This document shows, piece by piece, positions 51,340 through 64,000 of a DNA stretch of 64,000 bases. Both the position numbers and the translations under genes were made by a program. The DNA lies in contig NC_135256.1 of the NCBI RefSeq assembly GCF_964204865.1, positions 11,718,001 to 11,782,000 on the forward strand, written 5' to 3'. A model generated the notes under the pieces. It was not told the origin of the DNA, made no database searches, and saw only the letters and a program-made list of their open reading frames with translations. Numbering within the stretch: position 1 is the first letter of the stretch; each line of letters begins with the position of its first letter. This DNA is from Styela clava. Its lineage: Eukaryota.

Positions 51340-54300
51340 TATAGGGAGAAAGAGATGAGCTGCTGATGATGGGATAAAGACTATCACCCTATATGTTTAA
51401 TTTCGATTCCCGCGTTATTGTTTTGACACGCGTTATGGAATGTGACTCCAATCTGGACTCCTTCAGACGATAATAAGCACACAGTGTTGATGCTAATCGT
51501 TGTTGTATATTATAGGAAGATGCACAATCCAAATTCCGAAAACAGATAAAATTGAGACACACTTAACTCTTAACACAGTAAATCAGGAGTGAATCAAAAC
51601 CCATCACACTTAACGCAGTAAAACAGAAGTGGATCTAAACACAATATTATGCAGCCCTCTCGGCAAGCCGGAACGATACGTCATCAAATTGGTCGATACG
51701 AGAAAGGCAGTACATGTAATCAGTAATCAGTGTTGCTACAATAAAATGACCTATTGTGGGAAATGGAACACACTATTAAAATGAAAGGGTTATATACATT
51801 ATAATTCATAGTTAAACAATGCACATTCGCTACACAATTCCCCCTCGACAGTAAAAAAAATTAACTTGATAATTTTTTAAATTTTGGAGTCCGGCCGCCG
51901 AGAGATGAAGTGAAAGAAAACAAAATAACACGAATTAATAAAAGATATTAGTACGATATGATGAGTAATGGTCAAGGTATACAAGAGAATATACGCCGTT
52001 TACGAGAGAAAACAAAATACGAGAAAAAAAATTCAAAGGGTCTCTCTCTATGTTGCTTAGAAATGCTGAACATTTTAAAATGGAATTGTAACGAAATAGT
52101 AAACAAAATGGCGACAATACTTGAAAGAAAGGACCTAAAAGAATGTAAAACACTTTGATGTTTAAAGGAAGGGCACGAGAATAAACAAATGGCGGATTTA
52201 GTATCTGATAATTACACCGAAATTGGTTTGGTGTTTGAGATTGTAAAATTGGCGTTAGAGGTTATTTGAAATAAAATAATAAGAAAAAATCCTGTAACGT
52301 GAATAATGAGAAATTTGACAGATTATTGAACCATTGCATCCCTGAAATTGAACCTGAATCAAATTCTGTATGAAGTAAAAGAACTCGTGTTATCTAAAAA
52401 ACAAGGCATTGATTAATAACGGGTAATTACACAGAAAAGAAAACTGACACTGCACAATTATTTTATTTGTATGTTTTTTTTTTTTTTTTGTTATATTCAA
52501 ATTCTTATAGTAAGGTGTTTTGATGTTTTATAGTGGATAACAATAAGAGAAAAGTAATAAAATACAAAACGATTAAAGTGATAAAATACAAGATGGTTAA
52601 TAACGAGGCGACACATTGCGAGATACACACCATATACAATTCGCAACGACCGCCGGAATCGAGTTGACTTAATAGGTTGGGGATAAATTGAAAGGTTGTT
52701 ATAGTCAAACTTTCGACTCCATTTGAGCTTGGGCGCTCGCATCTGAGAAGTTGTTAGCATTTTCCATCGATTCATCGTCAATTTCGACATCGGATAACTG
52801 GTGTATTTCTTGTTGTTCGTTGAATTGTACTACGGTTTGTCGTGATATGCTGAGAAGTCGTTGTATTGGTTGCAGCAATCCATTTGTTAATGTACGGCGA
52901 ACGGACATTCGGCAGTTTGGCAAGCTTCGATAGATGAAATAAAGCAGGGGTACAACGAATAAAGCGTAAATGAGGCCAAATAGCGACCACGCCTTTATGA
53001 CGCAATCTGACAATGACTTGGCAGTTGTCATTTACGTTTAAAACAAAGCCACTGTATGCACAATAGACTTCGTTTGATTCAATGCAATTTCGTTAGTTGA
53101 GAACAAGTTTCGAAGGTTTGCAATGATCGGTATTTCCAATCGGTAAGATTGCCCGATGCATTGTAATATAACAAGAATTCGGTAGTGTTGAATTTCGGAA
53201 AGTTGCGAGCTCTACAAGCTTTCGTATCTTCAACAGCCCAAACAAATGTAAACACACCTTTCCGGCAAAAACCAGAGTTGGGTGCGCATTGGCTGAGGTA
53301 TTTGAACGTGTTTTTGGTTGCGCTTGACGAAGAACAGCCATGAAATGGTTCGCCAGTAGGTCGTTGTACGTTTACAAATCTTGGTATCAACATTTGTAAG
53401 AAGGGTAGATGCCTCGTAGATGTTTGCTGAACAATTCTTCATTGTATGAAGTTTGTGTCGATTACAAATAGCTAGTTTGCGTATGTCGTAAGTCTGTCCA
53501 TGTAAGGATTTGTGACATAATTTCAGTGGTACCTCAACGGCTTGCGTTCTCATACAAAGCATGACAAAGCAAAGTAAAGTGTAGTGAAATATGGTCATCA
53601 GATATCCATCTGAAATTCGCTTGATAGAATAAAGTCTTTGCTTAAATGGCGTGGGAGTTTTCTCAGCCTTCGCGGCCGATTTGATTATTGCTGATTTGAC
53701 ATTTGCGGAGACGGTCCCAGACGATGCGCTGAATTTGGAAAGGCTGCCGTCTTCATTGTTGAATTACTGAATTGCCATCATGAAGTTGATTTTCCAGTGA
53801 TTGAATTGATTTTTTCAATTTGTTAAATAGAATTTCCCAGCGGTTGCGTGTCTTTACACGTCGGAGGTCATCAAAATATAGGGATAAAGAGATGCTGCTG
53901 GTTGTGGGGATAAAGACTATCACCTATATATGTTTAAGTTCGATTCCCGCGTTATTGTTTTGACACGCGTTATGGAATGTGACTGCAATCTGGACTCCTT
54001 CAGACGATAATAAGCACACAGTTTTGATGCTAATCGTTGTTGTATATTATAGGAAGATGCACAATCCAAATTCCGAAAACAGATAAAATTGAGACACACT
54101 TAATTAACACAGTAAATCAGGAGTGAATCAAAACACATCACACTTAACGCAGTAAAACAGAAGTGGATCAAAACACATCACACCTAACGCAGTAAAAACA
54201 GAAGTGGATCCAAACACATCACACCTAACGCAGTAAAAACAGAAGTGAATCTAAACACAATATTATGCAGCCCTCTCGGCAAGCCGGAACGATACGTCAT

Positions 54301-54450
54301 CAAATTGGTCGATACGAGAAAGGCAGTACATGTAATCAGTAATCAGTGTTGCTACAATAAAATGACCTATTGTGGGAAATGGAACACACTATTAAAATGA
54401 AAGGGTTATATACATTATATTTCATAGTTAAACAATGCACATTCGCTACA
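51340..54450 (-). mobile_element. Non-autonomous LTR retroelement (LTRs 51340-51834 and 53877-54450)
   Basis: Two direct repeats of 495 and 574 bp; 4-bp TSD CTAG (51336-51339, 54451-54454); minus-strand PBS TGATGACCTCCGACGTGT (53873-53856) resembling the tRNA-Trp PBS; PPT GAGGGGGAAT next to the left LTR. Confidence 0.9.
52705..53781 (-). pseudogene. Decayed envelope/viral-type membrane glycoprotein in three frames
   Basis: Hydrophobic signal-like segment FHYTLLCFVMLCMRTQA; Cys-rich ectodomain pieces with N-glycosylation sequons (NCS, NTT, NAS, NLT); TM helix WSLFGLIYALFVVPLLYFIY followed by a basic then acidic tail; frameshifts and an early stop. Confidence 0.65.
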
Positions 54451-55212
54451 CTAGAAATCTTGCCGATGCCGCAAATCTTGCCGCAATAGCACAAATAGAT
54501 AATTTTTTAAGTTCCACTTTTGTAATGTGGCACCAAGTTTACTCTCAATTAGCCTACAGCCATGACAAATCCACCTCTCTTCCTATCTTGCTTTTAGTCG
54601 AGCTTAGAACGGAATATCATATTTACCAGGTGGTAAGAAAAGATAGTAGGAAGGCTTAATAGTGACGATTTCCCATCCGATTACTAGTCCAAGTCGAGTT
54701 ACCAACCAGTTACTTGTTCAGAAAGCAAGACACGAAATTAGACCATCCTACGAGTCACTGCAAACGGCAATTTGCAGGGGTTATGCCCTCTCCCCTAAAA
54801 GAAATTTCAACATTTTTTATTCCGATTTTCTAACATTTGCAGTGAAACGTAAATTCGTACGCATCTACCGACACCATTTTTTGCACAATTTGCTGAAACT
54901 GACTTTTCCTGGCTTGCTATCAATATTCCTTTCACCAAATTAACCAACCAAAATAGATGAAAATGCGCGCATGTATAAATCTTGGATAACTTCAATAGCA
55001 AAGTACGATTAAGTCTATAGAGAGATATTTTTAAGATATTGGTAGATATCAGTGAGTGCTTTTATCTATTCTTGTTCGTAGCAAAAGGCACGTGCATCGT
55101 ATTACGTCAAATTGCCCAGTCAGAATTGTCAAGTTAGATGCATGAAGATGTGGGTTAGAGAGAGAGAGAGAGAGAGATCCAAAGTGAAATAACAGTCATC
55201 GTAATAATAAAA

Positions 55213-55460
55213 AACAAGAGAGATATGCTCAAATATATGGGCACGTAGCGCCACCCAATGGCAATAATTTTGATGACGTCATAGCGAGAAAAAAAGTAAT
55301 AGCCTTCTGGAGAAAAATTTTATCTTTAACCACTGAAAATTTCAAAGCAATTGGTCCAGTATTCGAAAAGAAAAGCGATTTTTTAATGATAATGACGAAA
55401 GAAAATAACATTAACAACAAAATTTTGAAACGATCGTTAGTGCCACTAAACGTGTCCAAT
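55213..55460. mobile_element. Short Helentron-associated (HINE-like) element
   Basis: Begins AACAAGAG; subterminal IR GGGCACGT ... ACGTGTCC; internal AAATTTC...GGTCCAGT motif; A-rich flanks. Confidence 0.45.
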
Positions 55461-55947
55461 AATGACAATTATTTATTTTGGTACAGACAGGAGGGAGTGA
55501 TACGACCAGGCGGTCTTGGAAGTGAAAACCCATCCCTTCACGCTATTATGTTTAAGATTCACAATTTCAGATGACTAAATATAAAGGTGGAACATACTAG
55601 AATTTAATAAACGGAATGGTCATTTTTTTGTTTGCAGAGCAATGTCAAAAGTAAGATATGAGACAATTAAATAACAGATAAAAATTGTAAGCAATTATAA
55701 CAGTATGAGTTGTTATAACATCAAAATACAATGCAGGGTTGAAGTCTAGCATTTTCGTTATAAAAAAATATGAATATAAAGATAAAGAGAACCACTGACA
55801 AGATGAGTGGTACAGAAATATATGTATATGAGAAAGATTTGTAAAAAATCTCGAATACAAGTGCTAGAGAAATATATCAAGTCAAAGGATATTAATGCAG
55901 AACAATTTGGCCTAAACACAAATACAATGTTAAAGTATGATTTAGTG

Positions 55948-58900
55948 CTGGATGGGATCCCGCCGTCTCTTTCAATGCAGCGATAGCTGCCACAAAAACC
56001 AGGCACCACGGGCCAGGATGATTAGGTTGTGTATACAGAATAGGGGTACAACAGGGTATGTTACGGAGTTCCGCAAGTGCTAGAGACTCGCCGGTGGTGT
56101 CAAAAGATGGGGGACGATCCCAAACTACTAATTAAAATTTTTCAGCACGATCGGGCCAGAGGAAGTTGGTCAAATAGGGCATTTAGTGGCCCAAAATCTA
56201 GGATGTGTGACATTGCTATTTCCATGCTGTCAATCAAGTCACGCTAGAGTGATTTTGGGGTTTAGAAGCCGTTTAGCTGCGTTTCCGGGCCGGGAAACGG
56301 TTTGCCCGGGTATTGGGAATTTTTCCAAACATGTTTGGGGGTGGGGGAAGTGCCCCCGCCCCCCCAGTGACGAGAAAACGTGTAGAAAGCCACGCCCACT
56401 TAGGTAATATGGTTTTTGGGCGATTAGGAGCACTTGGAATCGGTTTTCGGGCAAAGTGATGCATAAATATCGAAGGGACTAATTAATAGAATATATTACC
56501 ACCCCAACTTTGGGGATTCCCCTACCACGTAACGGTCCAGTGACTTCGGAACGTTGCGCTTGGGAATTGAGATATTGAGAAAAAAAAATACATAGGTAGG
56601 TTGAGAAAGTTTAGTTTAATACTTTTTTCAAGGAATTTTTTTGCTCCCGTGCCTCCGTCACGGTCTAGTGATTTTGGCCTTTTGCCGGCTGTTGAGAGTT
56701 CCTATCCAGAATCTAAAGGCATGGGCATGATCAGAAAAATTATTCCAATCAGGTATTAGCGGAATTTTTTTTCCCGTAGGCTTCAGTTACGGTCCAGTAA
56801 TTTTAGGCCATATCTCGAGAACGGTGATAGATAGGGGTCTCGTATTTGGGTTATAGAAGCTAGTTGGAGTGTAGTTTATGCCTATAAAATTTCGTCACGG
56901 TCGAGTGATCACGGACCTTAAAATTGATAAAAGTAGACTCCCGGTCATACAAACAGTACTGTTTATGTTAGGGGGGGGTAAATGGCGTCGGTCGGATCAT
57001 GCCGCGATCCGTCCGACGCAACGGATGGCGGCCAGAGCGTCACGGACATACCCGTCATGGTCCCGAACCAACCATTTGTGCGCCCGCGGCCCCCTCGCGG
57101 CTGCCGCAGGCAGACGTCTATTCTGGATGTTCTCCCGCCCACGTCTCGTGATGGGTGGCGATAGCCACAACAAAAAACAAAAGCCAGCGGCCAGAGATAT
57201 TAATGGAAGGTCTATTACACGAAGCGTTTCATCAGGGTATGTTACGGAGAACCACAAGTCCTAGAGACAAGCGGGTGGTGTCAAAAGATAGCTGAGGGTC
57301 CCAATATACCAAAGAAAATTTTTCAGAAAAATCGGGCCAGAGGAAGTGGGCCAAATCGAGATTTTAGTGGCCCAAAAGTAAGGATGTGCGACATTGCCAT
57401 TTCTAGGCTGTCAATCAGGTCACGCAAGAGTGATTTTGGGGTTTAGAAGCCGTTTAGCTGCGTTTCCGGGCCGGCAAACGGTTTGCCCGGGTATTGGGAA
57501 TTTTTCCAAACATGTTTGGGGGTGGGGGAAGTGCCCCCACCCCCCAGTGACGAGAAAACGTGTAGAAAGCCACGCCCACTTAGGTAATATGGTTTTTGGG
57601 CGATTAGGAGCACTTGGAATCGGTTTTTGGGCAAAGTGATGCATATTTATCGAAGGGACTAATTAATAGAATATATTACCACCCCAACTTTGGGGATTCC
57701 CCTACCCCGTAACGGTCCAGTGACTTCGGAACGTTGCGCTTAAGATTTGAGATATTGAGAAAAAAAAATACATAGGTAGGTTGAGAAAGTTTAGTTTAAT
57801 ACTTTTTTCAAGGAATTTTTTTGCTCCCGTGCCTCCGTCACGGTCTAGTGATTTTGGTCTTTTGCCGGCTAATGAAGGGTTTTATCGAGAATCTAAAGGC
57901 ATGGGCATGATCAGAAAAATTATTTCAATCACGTATCAGCAAAATTTTTTTTCTAGTAGCCTTCAGTTACGGTCCAGTGATTTTAGGCCATATCTCGAGA
58001 ACGGTAATAGATAGGGGTCTCGTATTTGGGTTATAGAAGGTAGTTGGAATAAAGTTTATGCCTATAAAATTTCGTCACGGTCGAGTGATCACGGACATTA
58101 AAATTGATAAAAATAGACTCCCGTCCATACGGACAGTACTGTTTATGTTAGGGGGGGTCAATGGCGTCGGTCGGATCATGCCGCGATCCGTCCGACGCAA
58201 CGGATGGCGGCCAGAGCGTCACGGACATACCCGGCTTGGGCCGAACCGACCATTTGTGCGCCCGCGGCCTCCCTCGTCGTATGCCGCAGGCAGACGTCTA
58301 CACTGGATGGGATCCCGCCGTCTCTTTCAATGCAGCGATAGCTGCCACAAAAACCAGGCACCACGGGCCAGGATGATTAGGTTGTGTATACAGAATAGGG
58401 GTACAACAGGGTATGTTACGGAGTTCCGCAAGTGCTAGAGACTCGCCGGTGGTGTCAAAAGATGGGGGACGATCCCAAACTACTAATTAAAATTTTTCAG
58501 CACGATCGGGCCAGAGGAAGTTGGTCAAATAGGGCATTTAGTGGCCCAAAATCTAGGATGTGTGACATTGCTATTTCCATGCTGTCAATCAAGTCACGCT
58601 AGAGTGATTTTGGGGTTTAGAAGCCGTTTAGCTGCGTTTCCGGGCCGGGAAACGGTTTGCCCGGGTATTGGGAATTTTTCCAAACATGTTTGGGGGTGGG
58701 GGAAGTGCCCCCGCCCCCCCAGTGACGAGAAAACGTGTAGAAAGCCACGCCCACTTAGGTAATATGGTTTTTGGGCGATTAGGAGCACTTGGAATCGGTT
58801 TTCGGGCAAAGTGATGCATAAATATCGAAGGGACTAATTAATAGAATATATTACCACCCCAACTTTGGGGATTCCCCTACCACGTAACGGTCCAGTGACT

Positions 58901-61900
58901 TCGGAACGTTGCGCTTGGGAATTGAGATATTGAGAAAAAAAAATACATAGGTAGGTTGAGAAAGTTTAGTTTAATACTTTTTTCAAGGAATTTTTTTGCT
59001 CCCGTGCCTCCGTCACGGTCTAGTGATTTTGGCCTTTTGCCGGCTGTTGAGAGTTCCTATCCAGAATCTAAAGGCATGGGCATGATCAGAAAAATTATTC
59101 CAATCAGGTATTAGCGGAATTTTTTTTCCCCGTAGGCTTCAGTTACGGTCCAGTAATTTTAGGCCATATCTCGAGAACGGTGATAGATAGGGGTCTCGTA
59201 TTTGGGTTATAGAAGCTAGTTGGAGTGTAGTTTATGCCTATAAAATTTCGTCACGGTCGAGTGATCACGGACCTTAAAATTGATAAAAGTAGACTCCCGG
59301 TCATACAAACAGTACTGTTTATGTTAGGGGGGGGTAAATGGCGTCGGTCGGATCATGCCGCGATCCGTCCGACGCAACGGATGGCGGCCAGAGCGTCACG
59401 GACATACCCGTCATGGTCCCGAACCAACCATTTGTGCGCCCGCGGCCCCCTCGCGGCTGCCGCAGGCAGACGTCTATTCTGGATGCTACCCCGCCACGTC
59501 TCGTGATGGGTGGCGATAGCCACGACAAAAATCAAAAGCCAGCGGCCAGAGATATTAATGGAAGGTCAATCACAGACTCCGATCCAACAGGGTATGTTAC
59601 GGAGAACCGCAAGTCCTAGAGACAAGCGGGCGGTGTCAAAAGATAGCTGAGGGTCCCAATATACCAAAGAAAATTTTTCAGAAAAATCGGGCCAGAGGAA
59701 GTGGGCCAAATCGAGATTTTAGTGGCCCAAAAGTAAGGATGTGCGACATTGCCATTTCTAGGCTGTCAATCAGGTCACGCAAGAGTGATTTTGGGGTTTA
59801 GAAGCCGTTTAGCTGCGTTTCCGGGCCGGGAAACGGTTTGCCCGGGTATTGGGAATTTTTCCAAACGTGTTTGGGGGTGGGGGAAGTGCCCCCACCCCCC
59901 CAGTGACGAGTAAACGTGTAGAAAGCCACGCCCACTTAGGTAATATGGTTTTTTGGCGATTAGGAGCACTTGTAATCGGTTTTGGGGCAAAGTGATGTAT
60001 AAATATGGAAGGGACTAATTAATAGAATATATTACCACCCGAACTTTGGGGATTCCCCTTCCCCGTAACGGTCCAGTGAGCTCGGAATGTTGCGCTTGAG
60101 ATTTGAGATATTTAGAAAAAAAAATACATAGGTAGGTTGAGAAAGTTTAGTTTAATACTTTTTCCAAGGAATTTTTTTGCTCCCGTGCCTCCGTCACGGT
60201 CTAGTGATTTTGGCCTTTTGACGGCTAATGAAGGGTTTTATCGAGAATCTAAAGGCATGGGCATGATCAGAAAAATTATTCCAATCACGTATCAGCGGAA
60301 TTTTTTTTCCCGTAGGCTTCAGTTACGGTCCAGTGATTTTAGGCCATATCTCGAGAACGGTGATAGATAGGGGTCTCATATTTGGGTTATAGAAGGTAGT
60401 TGGAGTGTAGTTTATGCCTATAAAATTTCGTCACGGTCGAGTGATCACGGACTTTGGAATTGATAAAAATAGACTCCCGTCCATACAGATAGTACTGTTT
60501 ATGGTAGGGGGCGTCAATGGCGTCGGTCGGATCATGCCGCGATCCGTCCGACGCAACAGATGGCGGCCAGAGCGTCACGGACATACCCGGCTTGGGCCGA
60601 ACCAACCATTTGTGCGCCCACGGCCCCCCTCGTCGTGTGCCGCAGGCAGACGTTTTCTTCTGGATGGGATCCCGCCGTCTCTTTCAATGCAGCGATAGCT
60701 GCCACAAAAACCAGGCACCACGGGCCAGGATGATTAGGTTGTGTATACAGAATAGGGGTACAACAGGGTATGTTACGGAGTTCCGCAAGTGCTAGAGACT
60801 CGCCGGTGGTGTCAAAAGATGGGGCACGATCCCAAACTACTAATTAAAATTTTTCAGCACGATCGGGCAAGAGGAAGTTGGTCAAATAGGGCATTTAGTG
60901 GCCCAAAATCTAGGATGTGTGACATTGCTATTTCCATGCTGTCAATCAAGTCACGCTAGAGTGATTATGGGGTTTAGAAGCCGTTTAGCTGCGTTTCCGG
61001 GCCGGGAAACGGTTTGCCCGGGTATTGGGAATTTTTCCAAACATGTTTGGGGGTGGGGGAAGTGCCCCCGCCCCCCCAGTGATGAGAAAACGTGTAGAAA
61101 GCCACGCCCACTTAGATAATATGGTTTTTGGGCGATTAGGAGCACTTGGAATCGGTTTTCGGGCAAAGTGATGGATAAATATCGAAGGGACTAATTAATA
61201 GAATATATTACCACCCCAACTTTGGGGATTCCCCTACCCCGTAACGGTCCAGTGACTTCGGAACGTTGCGCTTGAGAATTGAGATATTGAGAAAAAAAAA
61301 TACATAGGTAGGTTGAGAAAGTTTAGTTTAATACTTTTTTCAAGGAATTTTTTTGCTCCCGTGCCTCCGTCACGGTCTAGTGATTTTGGCCTTTTGCCGG
61401 CTGTTGAGAGGTCCTATCCAGAATCTAAAGGCATGGGCATGATCAGAAAAATTATTCCAATCAGGTATCAGCGGAATTTTTATTCCCGTAGGCTTCAGTT
61501 ACGGTCCAGTGATTTTAGGCCATATCTCGAGAACGGTGATAGATAGGGGTCTCGTATTTGGGTTATAGAAGCTAGTTGGAGTCTAGATTATGCCTATAAA
61601 ATTTCGTCACGGTCGAGTGATCACGGACCTTAAAATTGATAAAAGTAGACTCCCGGTCATACAAACAGTACTGTTTATGTTAGGGGGGGGTAAATGGCGT
61701 CGGTCGGATCACGCCGCGATCCGTCCGACGCAACGGATGGCGGCCAGAGCGTCACGGACATACCCGGCATGGTCCCGAACCAACCATTTGTGCGCCCGCG
61801 GCCCCCTCGCGGCTGCCGCAGGCAGACGTCTATTCTGGATGTTACCCCGCCACGTCTCGTGATGGGTGGCGATAGCCACAACAAAAATCAAAAGCCAGCG

Positions 61901-64000
61901 GCCAGAGATATTAATGGAAGGTCAATCACAGACTCCGATCCAACAGGGTATGTTACGGAGAACCGCAAGTCCTAGAGACAAGCGGGCGGTGTCAAAAGAT
62001 AGCTGAGGGTCCCAATATACCAAAGAAAATTTTTCAGAAAAATCGGGCCAGAGGAAGTGGGCCAAATCGAGATTTTAGTGGCCCAAAAGTAAGGATGTGC
62101 GACATTGCCATTTCTAGGCTGTCAATCAGGTCACGCAAGAGTGATTTTGGGGTTTAGAAGCCGTTTAGCTGCGTTTCCGGGCCGGGAAACGGTTTGCCCG
62201 GGTATTGGGAATTTTTCCAAACGTGTTTGGGGGTGGGGGAAGTGCCCCCACCCCCCCAGTGACGAGTAAACGTGTAGAAAGCCACGCCCACTTAGGTAAT
62301 ATGGTTTTTGGGCGATTAGGAGCACTTGGAATCGGTTTTGGGGCAAAGTGATGTATAAATATGGAAGGGACTAATTAATAGAATATATTACCACCCGAAC
62401 TTTGGGGATTCCCCTTCCCCGTAACGGTCCAGTGAGCTCGGAATGTTGCGCTTGAGATTTGAGATATTTAGAAAAAAAAATACATAGGTAGGTTGAGAAA
62501 GTTTAGTTTAATACTTTTTCCAAGGAATTTTTTTGCTCCCGTGCCTCCGTCACGGTCTAGTGATTTTGGCCTTTTGACGGCTAATGAAGGGTTTTATCGA
62601 GAATCTAAAGGCATGGGCATGATCAGAAAAATTATTCCAATCACGTATCAGCGGAATTTTTTTTTCCCGTAGGCTTCAGTTACGGTCCAGTGATTTTAGG
62701 CCATATCTCGAGAACGGTGATAGATAGGGGTCTCATATTTGGGTTATAGAAGGTAGTTGGAGTGTAGTTTATGCCTATAAAATTTCGTCACGGTCGAGTG
62801 ATCACGGACTTTGGAATTGATAAAAATAGACTCCCGTTCATACAGATAGTACTGTTTATGGTAGGGGGCGTCAATGGCGTCGGTCGGATCATGCCGCGAT
62901 CCGTCCGACGCAACAGATGGCGGCCAGAGCGTCACGGACATACCCGGCTTGGGCCGAACCAACCATTTGTGCGCCCGCGGCCCCCCTCGTCGTGTGCCGC
63001 AGGCAGACGTTTTCTTCTGGATGGTCTCGCAACCTGTCGCACTTTAGTGCGAAGGCACAGTCTGAATCAGAAAACGTTGCACGTGAGGTGGAAGTTAAAA
63101 TTCTATGCGTGGGAGACCGATTGATGAGCATTTCCACTATGTAGGGTAGGGCTGATGAGGTAGGTGATTAACACGTTAGTAAGGTATCCCTGTCCGCATG
63201 ACGCAGAAAATTTTTGGGAACGATCGGGCCAGAGGAAAGGGGTCAAAACGGGGTTTTTGTCGCCCGAGGCTGTTCATTGGTCAATCAGCTGTCAATCAAG
63301 TCACGCTGGAGTGATTTAGGGGTTTAGAGGCCGTTATGCTAAGTTTCCGGAGCCGGAAAGCGTTTGCCCGAGTATTAGGAATTTTTCCAAGTCTTTTTGG
63401 CGGTGGGGGCTGTGCCCCCACGCCCTCTGTGGTGAGAAAACTCGTGCAAAGCCACGCCCACTTAGGTTATATTGTTTTTAGGGAATTCTGAGGCATGTGA
63501 ATGGGGTTTTGGGCCAAGATTTGCCTAATTCTCAAAGAGTATAATTATTTGAAATTTTCTTTACTGAAAAATCGGTGTTTCCCCCTCCCAATCGCCCTCC
63601 AGTGGCGTAAGAAGGTTGCGCACTTAAAAATGGAGCTATTGAGAAATGAAATAGATAGGTATGGTTGGAAAAATTAGTTTAACATTGTTTTGAAGAAATT
63701 TTTGTTCTCTTACTCCCCAGTCACGCTTTAGTGATTTTGGCTTATTGCAGGCCTCTGAAAGGACATATTGAGAAAGTGAAAGCATGGGCATATTTGGAAA
63801 AATTATTTGAATCCATTTTGAAAGGAATTTTTTTTCTCCAACTCCTCAGTCATGCTCCAGTGATTTTACGTTATATCTCGAGAATGGTAATAGGTAGAGA
63901 TGCCATATTCGGGTCATACAAGTTAATTGAGGTCTAGTTTATGTCAAAAAAAATTCGTCACAGTTGAGTGATCACGGGCCCTAAAATTAATAAAACTTGA
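55948..64000. repeat. Tandem array of ~1.18-kb units with 2.36-kb A/B higher-order period; probably Helentron/HINE-derived
   Basis: Units start with CTGGATG at 55948, 57123, 58303, 59479, 60660, 61835 and 63017 (order A B A B' A B' C); the array continues past the window end. Confidence 0.92.

Noticed and set aside
55157-55177. (AG)n microsatellite
   Set aside because: Short and ordinary.
63148-63215. Hammerhead core-like CTGATGA in unit C (also CTGAAGA at 48571)
   Set aside because: No stem II closed by GAAA with correct geometry; absent from A and B units.
56186-63937. Recurrent 60-130 aa ORFs in the tandem array
   Set aside because: They overlap on both strands, shift frame between copies and have no recognisable domains; they are a by-product of GC-richer repeats.
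55948-64000. CRISPR-like or rDNA/5S/snRNA array
   Set aside because: Eukaryotic context, no cas genes, variable segments recur (A,B,A,B) rather than being unique, and I recognise no rRNA, snRNA or SL sequence.

Overview
AT-rich eukaryotic (metazoan) genomic DNA with compact spliced genes. An invertebrate chordate such as an ascidian is my inference, not something the sequence proves. Host genes from left to right: CFAP298 (-, runs off the left edge), SPATS1-like (+), DAW1/WDR69 (-), RIOK2 (+), COQ4 (-), DUSP23 (-), an uninterrupted 1151-aa G9a/GLP (EHMT)-like methyltransferase ORF (-) and ILKAP-type PP2C (+). Main highlights: (1) The EHMT-like protein's N-terminus is not EHMT-like. It looks like the SENP6/7 (veloren) PH-like domain followed by a SUMO-interacting motif, suggesting a chimeric intronless chromatin writer. 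(2) An apparently complete ~15.3-kb Zisupton/KDZ DNA transposon (8-bp TSD; spliced C2H2-SWIM-KDZ-Ulp1-PHD gene) sits in what reconstructs as a ~76-nt intron upstream of the ILKAP CDS and carries a ~2-kb near-perfect palindrome. (3) A 3.1-kb LTR element (CTAG TSD, tRNA-Trp-like PBS, PPT) has no gag/pol and carries only a decayed viral-type envelope glycoprotein. (4) A head-to-tail ~1.18-kb A/B higher-order repeat array has covarying hairpins and is probably Helentron/HINE-derived. Many MITEs, some nested, fill the introns. All family assignments come from motif recognition by eye; no searches were run.
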